Made by a program: the position numbers and the translations under genes
Notes under the pieces: model-generated
What the model saw: the letters and a program-made list of their open reading frames with translations, nothing else
What the model was told of the DNA's origin: nothing
Database searches by the model: none
Shown here: positions 1-9,025 of the stretch, in pieces
Layout: each line of letters begins with the position of its first letter
Numbering within the stretch: position 1 is the stretch's first letter
Assembly: GCA_013416795.1 (NCBI GenBank)
Contig: RQSC01000499.1
Location: forward strand, 1-18,717
Reading direction: 5' to 3'
DNA from: Prasinococcaceae sp. CCMP 1430
Lineage: Eukaryota > Plantae > Prasinodermophyta
Length of the DNA stretch: 18,717 nt

Positions 1-543
1 CGCCGCGCGCGCCGTGAGGCCAGGCCCTCGTGCGCCGGCCGCACGTGCGAGGTTGCGCGGCGCCCCGACCGATCGATAATACAGGCGTTCTAATCGCCGG
101 GTGTGTGCGTGCCCCTCCATCCGTGCCGCTCGCGCGCTGCTCGGCCGCGGCGCGCACGCGCGCGCCGTGCTAACTACTAAATGGCGCGCCGCGGGCCCCC
201 CCGCCCGCTGCTCCTTCGGCCTGACTGATGGATGACCAACCATAAAAAAAACGACCGACCCACCGACCGACGGTCCGACCCAGGCCCCAACTCGATCGAT
301 ACAGATTTCCCGCCACATTCCGGCCGTTCCCTCTCGGGCGCGGAGTCGGCGCGCGCGCGCGCCCGGCCCGGCCGACCGCCCGGCCGACCGACAAAGGGCC
401 CCGCTGCGGGGCGTAAGAGCCGGGAGCGCGGGGCGCGGCGCTCGCGGCGGCCGCGCGGCGCTCTGGGTAGACGCCGGGCAACGCCCAGGGGCGGGAAGGC
501 GTGTGGGTGGGTGCGAAAGGGAGGAGAAGGTGGCGAGCATTGC

Positions 544-2385
544 ATGGCCAGCGCGCAGCGACGCGCACGCGCACGCGCCATGGCACGCCTGGCCGACCTC
601 GAGTCGGACGCGGCGTGGAGCGGTCTCGTCGCCGACATGCGCGCGTCGCGTGCGCTGCAGCGGGAGACGCACGAGCGCGGCCGCCTGAGCGCGCGCAAGG
701 CCGAGCGCAGCACCAAGGGTGGAGGCATCGCGCTGCGACAGGAGTACCCCGACAGCGCGCGCGAGGCCGAGGGTCTGGACGCCGCCCCTGCCTCCCCAAC
801 CGCCATGGTGACGGCGCTCCCTGCGCTGGCGGGCGTGACGCCGTCGACGGCGCTCGGGACCCCAACGACGCCCTCCAAGCTCCCCCCGCCACCGCCCGCA
901 GCTGTGGTGTGCCTGCGCGCGCATCCGTCTGGTCGCGTGCTGTGCGCGGCGTGGGACGGCGCGCAGTGGGCGCTCCAGGCACCCGGAAACGGCGCGCGCG
1001 GTGGCGCGGGCTCCCGCTCGTGCGAGCTCGACCCGGCGGCTCACCTGGTCGTCCTGCGATGCAAGTCGGGCACAGTCGCGCTGCGCTCCGGACTCGCGCA
1101 CGGCAGGCTGCTGGTGGCCACGCCCACGGGCGAGCTGGCCTTTCGGGGAGCCAGCGCGGCGGACCCTGAGGCGCAGTGGGCGCCGGTGGACGCGGGCGAC
1201 GCCGATACGGCCAGCGAGGGGGGCGAAGACGAATGGAGCGGCAGCGAGAGCAGCACGGACGGCGAGAGCGACGACGGCAACCAGCTTACTCCGCGCACGG
1301 CGCGCCGCAGCCTGAGCGCCTCGCTGGCTGCCGAGCGCGGAGGGACGCAGCGCGAGCGGCCACAGCTGACGACGCTGGTGAACAGTGCCCATCCGCTTAT
1401 CCTGCTGACCGCCGAGCTCATCGAGATAGCGGTGCCACAAGGCGAGTGCCTGGAAACGCGCCTCACGCCGGAGGCTAAAAAACTGGCGACGGTTCTCGGC
1501 GAGCGTGAGCTGCGCTCGCGCGCGGCGTCGGCGGAAAGACGGAGGGACGCGGCCGGGGCGCTCGTCGCGGAAGCCGAACAGAGGGAAAGGGCGGCGAGCT
1601 TCGCAGCCGAGGCAGGTGAGTGGCGGAGGGGTGCGCGCGCGCGCGCGCGCCCTTTCCCCCGTTTTTAGCGCGGCACGCTCGACGCCGTAGCCGCAGCTCA
1701 AGCTCAAGCGGTGCCTGACGCCTCGTCGCCTCGCCTGCGCGGCGTCCGCGTGCCCACCGCGCATGCGTGTCGCGCCCCAGCCATCGAAAACTCGCTGCGT
1801 GAGAGCGACGCGCGAGCCGAGGCCGAGGCCCGCGCGGCTGCGCTCTCGAAGGCGCTCGCCGCGGCGCGCGAGGAATGTCGCAGCGCTCGCGCTCGGGCGG
1901 AGCAGGAGGCTACCGCGCGCGACGCCGCAGAGGGCCGCGCCCGCAAGGTGCTCTGGGAGCTGGAGCGAGCGAAGGAGGCGCTTCAGTTGCACGTTGAGGA
2001 GCTCAACACGGAGCTTCACGCGACTAGGCAGGAGCTCAGGGAGAAGCGGCCGCGCGACTCGCCGGCACGCGCACGCGGACGGGGAGGCGACCGCGCCGGT
2101 CGTGCGAGCGGGCTCTCGGCGCTGTGGGTGCAGCCCGCGGCAGCCTATTGCGCCTTGTATCGCGCGTGCCTGCGCGCCACCGACTCGAAGGCAGCTGCGT
2201 TGGCGGCAACGGCTTTGGCGTCCGCAACGGCTGGGGCTACGGCAGGTTGGGCGGCGCGCACGAGGGGCAGGCGGCGAAGGGGCGGCGCAGCGTCAGGAGT
2301 GGCGCTCGGCGCCGCGGTCGGCGCCGCGGCCGCCGTGGTCGCCGTCGCGAAGGAGATCGCCGATGGCCCAGTCGGCGACGGATGA
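544..2385 (+). CDS. Uncharacterised protein (~558 aa), join(544..1615,1781..2385): possible fascin-like beta region, acidic linker, coiled coil, two C-terminal hydrophobic segments
   Basis: ATG at 544. Donor GCAG|GTGAGT at 1616, branch-like CTGAC at 1715-1719, first downstream AG (CCCCAG) at 1780. The phase-1 splice joins ORF 232..1668 to ORF 1711..2385, and the spliced length of 1677 nt is divisible by 3. A heptad-like A/E/R-rich stretch follows the junction (IENSLRESDARAEAEARAAALSKALAAAREE...ELNTELHATRQELREK). Alternative acceptors at 1690 and 1696 are also in frame. Confidence 0.6.
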
Positions 2386-2565
2386 GCTGCAGGCGCATCT
2401 TCGCTCATCGCCGTGCCCGAGGAAGCTTTTGTACACTATCGAGCAGCGCGCGCAGCGCGCGCGCGCGCGCGCTCGCAATCTGTAGTCTGAAGGAACCGAT
2501 TGTGCCGACCCACGCGTTTGCGGCAAGACGGGTTCCGCCGGCGCCAGCGAGCGTGGCAGCTGTCG

Positions 2566-4014
2566 TCACGCCGACGCGTCCTCGCTCTCCTGATGCATGA
2601 GCGACTCCCTGGAGTCGTACGCCCAGAAGCCCGCCACGTCCGAGAGGATGTTAATCACCACGTCGGAATTGCCGCAGCGCATCAGATCGCCGAGCGTTAT
2701 GCGGTGTGTGTCCCGGGGTGCGATGATGTCCACTACCTCGTCCTCCACGTCATCGGCGTTGATGTCATAGTTGCCCGCCTCCGTCCACTTGACGAGCACC
2801 TCGCGGAAGAAGGTATGCAGGTCCTCGCGGGTGAGGTAGCCCTTTGATCCCACGTCGAGCACGCGGAAGAAGTACGCAGCGGCGTTCGGGTGCTTCTTGT
2901 GCGACATGGCCAGCTCAAACTCCACGAACGCCGGGAATTCCATCTCGGCCGTCGAGTAGCGCCCCTGCTGAGCGCGGCGCTTGCTCACGTGCACCTCAAA
3001 TATGCGCTTCACGAAAACCTGCGTGAGGTTCCCACCACCATATTGCAGCAGCTCTCTGACCGCCAGCGTGCCGTTCATGTCCCTGTCGAGATCCATGAAC
3101 TTCTGCTGGAGCCTCTGCGTGCTCTGCATGCTGAACCAGTTGCGCCCCAGCGCCTCCTGCGGCGGCGCCTCCCCTCCGTCGCCGCCGCGCAGCTCGAAGA
3201 ACTCATTAAGCGCGGGCGAGGCCACCAGTTCCGCAATGCGCACGCGGCCGCGCAAGTGCGCGTCGTGCAGGAAGAGCAGCTTGGCCATGGCGATGTCCAG
3301 CCATGTGGAGCGGAAGCTCTCCTCCATGCCGGACAGCGCGGGGATGGCAGACGCCAGCGTGTCCAGGTAGTCACGCAGCTGCGCCGCGCTGATGTACCGC
3401 GCGTCGTCCGCGTGGAATGTCAGGTGGATGCGGGTCTGCGTGGCGCTCACGGAGCGCATGGCGTATGAGAAGATTGCGAGCGAGGACACGCGCCCGAATC
3501 CGTCCGCAGGGAACTTGAGGAAGGTGGAGGGCGCTAGCAGCGCGCTGCACTTGGCGCCCCACAGCTCGGCCGCGCGAGCGGCGACCTCGCAGTACGCGTC
3601 GTAATCGAGCACCTCCTGGTCGGGCGCGGGCGGCGCTTGCGTGCCGTCGGGCCCCGGGGGCGGCACCTCGCCCGCGACGACGACGCTGTGCTCCTTGAGA
3701 AGGAACCACAAGGACTCCACCTCCTCCGAGTCCAGCAGAAGCTCGTTGCGCAGGCGCAGTGCGCGCATGCGAGCGTCGCGGGAGAACAAGTCGGCCAGGC
3801 TGCCAGCCTCGGCCTTGGGGGTGAAGAGTGCCGGCAGCGACGCGCTGGCGCTCGTGCTCGCGCCGCTGCTCCTCCCTTCATCGGTGCGCAGCCGTTCCAT
3901 CTCGCGTGTGCACAGCTCGGCGATGGCATCCTCCTCGGCGACCTGGTCCGGGGGCGGAAGCGCGTCTGCTATCTCTGCCAGCGCGTGCGCCCAGCCACGC
4001 ACGGTGGTCGTCAT
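2566..4014 (-). CDS. PPP2R3C: Serine/threonine phosphatase 2A regulatory subunit B'' gamma (PPP2R3C / TONNEAU2-FASS family), EF-hand protein, ~482 aa, apparently intronless
   Basis: ATG at 4014 (MTTTVRGW) is in frame with ORF 2566..4290. Family-typical segments: LRNELLLDSEEVESLWFLL, FPADGFGRVS, NWFSMQSTQRLQQKFMDLDRDMNGTL (EF-hand), LTQVFVKRIFE, YFFRVLDVGSKGYLT (EF-hand), DEVVDIIAP...ITLGDL, LSDVAGFWAYDSRE. Confidence 0.9.
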   Translation of the reverse strand: MTTTVRGWAHALAEIADALPPPDQVAEEDAIAELCTREMERLRTDEGRSSGASTSASASLPALFTPKAEAGSLADLFSRDARMRALRLRNELLLDSEEVESLWFLLKEHSVVVAGEVPPPGPDGTQAPPAPDQEVLDYDAYCEVAARAAELWGAKCSALLAPSTFLKFPADGFGRVSSLAIFSYAMRSVSATQTRIHLTFHADDARYISAAQLRDYLDTLASAIPALSGMEESFRSTWLDIAMAKLLFLHDAHLRGRVRIAELVASPALNEFFELRGGDGGEAPPQEALGRNWFSMQSTQRLQQKFMDLDRDMNGTLAVRELLQYGGGNLTQVFVKRIFEVHVSKRRAQQGRYSTAEMEFPAFVEFELAMSHKKHPNAAAYFFRVLDVGSKGYLTREDLHTFFREVLVKWTEAGNYDINADDVEDEVVDIIAPRDTHRITLGDLMRCGNSDVVINILSDVAGFWAYDSRESLMHQESEDASA

Positions 4015-4337
4015 CGCGCGCGGGCCGCCGTCGCACACGGTGTGCCGGCCATGCGACGCGTGTTGGCCTTCCTCCCGCCCGCGCTCACCACCCGCCCGCC
4101 CCTGTGCATCGCGCCCGCGACCACGAGCGCATTTCGAATCCGCGGATGGTCGCTGCGGCGTTTGGGGGAACGCGCGACGTCGTCGCTGTGACTTTGATTT
4201 CCATTGGATGAGCGAAAGGGACCCTTCCGAGGAACCGAGCACGAGCTGCGCCACTCGCAACCCGAATGAAATGGAGGTCGAGTGCGCCAATTGCGAGTAA
4301 CGTCAGATTTACGGGCACGAGCGGCTCGGCATGCGCA

Positions 4338-6136
4338 TCAATCGGGTGTGGCAGGGTCCTCCTGCCCGCCACCACCGCTTGCGTCCGCCGGAGCAGCAGG
4401 GGCAGCCGACGGCCGGGGTTGTTGCCCTGCGGCGGCCGCCACCAGGAGCTCGGCTGCTTGGGCCATCGTGCGTTGGAGCGCCTCACGGCGTGTCTCTGCG
4501 GCGGCGGCGCGCGCCTCTGCGGCGGCAGCAGCGTGCTCAGCGGCGGTGGAGCGCTCCGCCGACGCAATTGACGCCTGGTCACATTCGCGCTGACGCGCGG
4601 ACGCTGCACACGCCACACTCTCGGCTGCCTTGCGCTCAGCCATGGCTTCTTCCTTGGCCGCCCTCTCTTCGCGCAGCGCCACCTCGAGCTCCTCGCACCG
4701 GTCCTTGAGTCGTGCCACCGCGCTCGCTCGCGCCTCGGCGCTGCACGCGTGCCGAGCCGCAGCGCGCTTCTCTGCCTCGGCCTCTTCGCGAGCCTCTCGG
4801 GCATCGGCAGTGGCGCGCTCGGCCGTCGAGCTCGCCCGGTCACGTGACGCTTCAGCCTCGGCGCTGGCAGCCTCAGCGCTGGTCCGCGCGGCCTCGGCGG
4901 CGGCCAACGCGATCTGCATCTCGTTCACACGATGCGCCGTCTCGGCAGCGCTGCGCTCCGCCTCGACCTGCGACTCGTGCGCCTGCGCCACCGACGCAAC
5001 CGCGGCGGAAAGGAGTGGTTGGTTTGGTTTGGTTTGGTTTGGGTCAGCTAAGGGGTCGGCGCACAGGGCGCGCGCGCATGAGGGCGGCGCGAGGTCGCGC
5101 GCGCGGTTCAGCCGAGGTCAGCCCATCCCTCGGCGAGATGGACGAAGGTGTCGGCCAGCACGCGCCTGCGCGTCGCGAACAACTTCACCTTGAACGCTGC
5201 TTCCTCTGCCTGATCTGCTCGGTGCTCTGCGTGCTCGGCGCGCTCTGCGGCGTCGCGCGCCTCCGCTCGTGCCGCCTCGAGCGCTGCTTCGAGCACGTTC
5301 GCCCTGCGCTCCGCGCGTGCGGCGAGCGCCTCACAAAGGGCGGCTTCCACCGTGCGATCGCCCGACGCGCGCGCGGCGTCGAGGGCGCTCTCCCCGCCAC
5401 TGCCGCCACCTGCCCGCGTGGCATGCACAGGAGCACGCGGCTCCGCCCCTGCTGCCACGAGCGTGCCGATGGTGTTCCCGCGCCCCCACTTGGCCGCCTC
5501 CCACAGAGCAAGGTCCAGATGCTCTTGCGCGTGAACGCCGCTGACAAGAAGCGCGCGCACCACGTCGCCAACGCCGAGCTTCGCGGCCGACGCGAGCGCG
5601 GTCAGTCCGCGCGCGTCCCCGAGAGCGGCGAGCGCGCTCGAGTCGTCGCCCGCACGCTGGAGCACCTCGCGCACGACGACAGCGGCACCCTCAGGGAAGG
5701 GCGAGAGCGCGGCGGCGTGCAGAGCGCTCTCGCCGAAGGCGCTGCGCGAAAGCGGGTCGGCGCCGGCGCAGAGCAGCACGAGCACTGTCTCGGCGCTTCC
5801 TGCGCGCGCAGCGGCGCAGAGGGCTGGCTCGCCGCCGGCGTCGACGGCATCGGCGGGGGCTGCGCCGGCCTCGAGCAGAGCGAGCACTTGGAGCGTGTCC
5901 CCCGCGGCGGCGCGCTCAACGAGCACGTCGCCGCCGGCGACGGAAACGAAGGTGTCCTCGTCCGAGGCCGGCTCGGACTCCGCAGCTGATGCTGCCAGCG
6001 CGGCGCGTCGGGGCACGGCGCGCGCGCGCCTCAGGAGGTCAGAGATCGTGTCGTCGGAGCTCGTATTGGGACCGTGCTCGGCAGCGGCGACGGTGGCCTC
6101 GGCAGCGGCGGGTGGGGCGGGGCGGCGCCGCGACAT
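4338..6136 (-). CDS. Ankyrin-repeat protein with long C-terminal coiled coil (~530 aa), join(complement 5189..6136, 4338..4982)
   Basis: ATG at 6136 (MSRRRPAP). Ankyrin-like repeats: GEPALCAAARAGSAETVLVLLCAGAD, GESALHAAA, GLTALASAAKLGVGDVVRALLVSG, GESALDAARASGDRTVEAAL. Phase-0 intron 4983..5188 has donor AAG|GTGAAG, CTGAC (plus-strand GTCAG at 5043-5047) and first-AG acceptor GCGCAG|. It joins in frame to the A/E/R-rich coiled-coil ORF 4338..4991. Confidence 0.75.
5021..5040. repeat. (GGTTT)4 pentanucleotide microsatellite inside the ankyrin-gene intron
   Basis: ggtttggtttggtttggttt read directly, preceded by a partial GGTT. On the transcribed strand it reads (AAACC)4 and lies between the branch site and the acceptor. 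Confidence 0.9.
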
Positions 6137-6435
6137 GGAGCTCGCAGCGGGCCGGCGGGGGCCACCTCTCGCGCCCTTCGGGCGCGTGCGCGCGGAGTGC
6201 CGCCGCCCTCGCGCCGCGCCGCGAGCGCGGGGTCCCCTGTCAGCACCCCCCACTCTGCCACTCCAAAGGCGCCCACCCGTTTTCGAACGAGGGATGGATG
6301 ATGTTCGAACCGCCGCGATGCGCGAGCCGCGGCGTTGACCCGCGCACTGACTCGCCTGCGTGCGCGAGGCGGCAGAGGTCGCGTGAGCGGCGCGGCGCGG
6401 TGGCCCATTGCCAAGACTGGGCGGGCCGCGCGAGC
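6137..6435. promoter_or_regulatory. Putative bidirectional promoter / shared 5' region between the divergent ankyrin and kinesin genes
   Basis: 299 bp between head-to-head ATGs at 6136 (-) and 6436 (+). Inferred from gene orientation only; no specific motif recognised. Confidence 0.4.
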
Positions 6436-8880
6436 ATGGAGCCGGCGAGCGCGGCCTGCCAGCCATGCGGCGCGGGTGGCCGCGCGGAGGGGGCAGGGGC
6501 AGGCGGCGCGAACGGCGGGCCGCCGCTGTGGGTCTTTGCTGTGCTGCGCCACGCCGGCTGGCGCGAGCGCGCACACGTGGGTGCGCTGTGCCGCGAGTGG
6601 CGCGCCGGGCTCAGCGCGGACGGACGGAGTATTTACTGGCGCGTGCTCTGCGAGGCGCTCGCCGACTCAACAGGCGTGTACATCGACACCAAGCGGGAAG
6701 ACGCGGTCGACTGGCGGGAGGCCTTCCGCGGCATGTGGCGGATGAGAACCAGGTTTGCAGGGCGCGCCAAGGGGGTGCGCGAGCGCGAGGGATGGGGTGA
6801 GCGCGAGGACGTGGACGGACATGGATGTATGGGCGCGGAAGAGGACGCGGATGGTAGCGGCGGCGAGCCGGCCGCCGAGTCGACGACTTTCTCCATCCGC
6901 GTGTGTGCGCGGTTCCGTCCGCTGCGCGCGCCGGCTGCTGGAGCGGCGGGCACGGCCGGGGCGCGGCGCGTCATCCTACCGCTTCACCAGCGCCTGGCGA
7001 TGATCCGCGCGCGCGGCGTCGTCGAAGGCGAGAAGGCTGTCAGCCAGTCGGATGCGCTGCGCACGCTGTGGGCCGAGGTCGGCAGGCGGAACGACAGCGA
7101 GGCCGGGCCGTGGAGGGACCAGCGCGCGGTGCCCGAGGAGGCGCCGCGCGCAGGAAGCCACGACGGGCGGGAAGGCCAGGGCGGCGCCCCGGAAGAGGCG
7201 GCCGACGCAGAACAGCCGGAGCAGGGCGCTGCCTCCGACTTAGCCGCCTCAGTGGTGAGCGTTGACGAGGAGAGCGGCGCTGTGCTCACGGTCGCCCCGC
7301 CGCTCGGACTGCGCGAATGGAAGTTTGACGCGGCACTACCCAGTGGCGCTGGGCAAGCGCGCGTGTACGCGGCCACCGCCAAGGCCATCGTCGCGGACTT
7401 CATCAACGGACGCGACGGTTGCGTCTTCGCGTACGGCCAGACGGGCTCGGGCAAGACACACTCAATGGTCGGCCCTGATGGAGCGCTGCGCTCCGAGCGC
7501 GAGGCGGACAACCGCGGCATTATCCCGCGCGCGCTCGATGAGGCCGTCGCTGCGGTCGAGTGGCGCAGGCGCTGGCTGGCCGAGCGCGGCGCGGGGTCGG
7601 ACGCGATCGGGCTCACGCTGTCGTACGTTGAGGTCTTTGGTGACGAGGTGACCGACTTGCTCAAGGCGGGCAGGAGGGTGGGTCAGAACAAGGTCGCGGC
7701 GCAGCGATACGTCCTCGAAGGTGTGTGCACGCGCGAACGAGCTAGGCCGGGGCGCCGCGCCGCACGATCGATCGTGCTCGCGCTCGCACGCTGATCCACG
7801 GACGCCACTGTGCTCGCGGCTGCCCCCAACGCGCGAGCGCAGGCGCGGCGGCCCAGCGCGTCTCGTCCCTGGAGGACGCACTCCGCCTGGTGATGCTAGG
7901 GCTGTCACAGCGCAGGGTCGCCGCGACGCGCATGAACGAGCGCTCCTCGCGCGCTCACGCGCTGCTGACGCTCACGCTCGAGCAACCCGATGCCGCGAGC
8001 GAGTCAGCGCCGCCGCTCGTATCGCGCCTCATCCTGGCCGATCTGGGCGGCTCAGAGAAGGTGGACAAGTCGGGCGCAAACGCTGGTCTTGCCGCCCCGG
8101 GCGCGGCCAACTGGCACGAATACTACGCGAGTAGGGAGCGCCTCGTAGAAGGTGTGTTCTGCGCGCCATTGCAGGTCAAGGGACGGTGCGAGTCGCCCCG
8201 ATTAGCCATACAGCGCACTGGCCACCTCACTGCATCGCTGAGCGATGGCGGTGGCGCGGACGACCGCTGACCGGCCGCGCTCGGCCCTCCTCACCAACTC
8301 TCGCCCGCCCGAAATCCTCGCAGCCGCCAACATCAACAGTGGCCTGTTCGCGCTCAAGCGCGTGATCGCCGCCCTGAACGATCGGCAGCGGCTGAGCGCA
8401 GAGGGCGACGCGCGCGGCGCCGCTCGGGTGCACGTCCCCCACCAAGACAGCCGGTTGACGCTCATCCTGTCGTCTGCGCTGACGGGCGGGGCGCGCTGCT
8501 CCGTGTGCGTGACGTGCGCCTCCGAGGCCGAGCACGTGTCCGAGACCCTACAGACCCTGCGCTTTGGCGAGTCAACGCGGCAGGTGGCGCACACGAGCAT
8601 CGACCTCTCAGACGTGGCGCGATCCGCCCTGCGTGCCGCGCTAGCCACGCTTGACGCGGGCATTGCGCGCTGCGAAGAGGAGATCCGAGTGCGCGAGCGC
8701 TGGGAGACAAAGGAGGTGCGGCGCGTGGACAAGATGACGCAGGAGGTTGAGCTCCTTCGCGTGACGGCTCCTGTTGGAGCGGAAGAGTCGCGCGAGCGCC
8801 TCGAGGCGCTTCTGGTCAAGAGGCGAACGCTGCTCGGCCACGGCAGCGGCGCGCAGCCAGAGGGGGGCGCGGGCGGTTGA
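6436..8880 (+). CDS. Kinesin motor protein with N-terminal F-box-like domain (~716 aa), join(6436..7720,7843..8151,8324..8880)
   Basis: Motor motifs: IRVCARFRP (6895), FAYGQTGSGKTHSM P-loop (7435-7458), RGIIPRA, LSYVEVFGDEVTDLL, TRMNERSSRAH switch I, LILADLGGSEK switch II, RLVEAANINSGLFALKRVIAAL (rebuilt across intron 2), HVPHQDSRLT, ETLQTLRFG. Both phase-1 introns (7721..7842 and 8152..8323) begin GAAG|GTGTGT, contain CTGAT/CTGAC and end in CAG. The spliced length of 2151 nt is 717 codons. Confidence 0.92.
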
Positions 8881-8919
8881 AGCGCTCGGCGACACGTCCA
8901 GGTGCGCGAGCCGGTGCCG

Positions 8920-8975
8920 TCATTGTATTGTTGAGTCGATCGACTGATTTGTACTGATTATTTAAAAATAGTGTT
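8920..8975. terminator. AT-rich 3'-end/polyadenylation region shared by the convergent kinesin and NSF-like genes
   Basis: CATTGTATTGTTGAG...TTTGTACTGATTATTTAAAAATAGTGTT is one of the most AT-rich tracts in the window and lies in the 145-bp gap between two convergent stop codons. Its function is inferred. Confidence 0.4.
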
Positions 8976-9025
8976 CTCCGATGCCGTTTGCGCGACAGGC
9001 GGCGGCCGCGCCAAACGCCCCGCAC

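Noticed and set aside
232-543. ATG at 232 as the start of gene 1, and GACC-rich/A8 tract as a repeat element
   Set aside because: The encoded segment is Arg/Pro-rich and UTR-like. It is better read as promoter/5' UTR with the start at 544, although an upstream start cannot be excluded.
4015-4290. 92-codon N-terminal extension of PPP2R3C given by the ORF caller
   Set aside because: It begins at a non-ATG codon and looks like UTR. Family similarity and expected length fit ATG 4014.
5989-6435. Longer N-terminus of the kinesin ORF
   Set aside because: It overlaps the divergent ankyrin gene start and intergenic region, and is low-complexity. ATG 6436 directly precedes the F-box-like domain.
7762-7777. 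16-bp perfect palindrome GCACGATCGATCGTGC and other CGATCG motifs (70, 293, 8935-8944)
   Set aside because: Short. CGATCG also occurs within coding regions, and there is no spacing pattern or associated structure.
7721-8323. Two kinesin introns with identical GAAG|GTGTGT junctions as Introner elements
   Set aside because: Beyond the first 6 nt the introns share no visible similarity, terminal repeats or target duplications.
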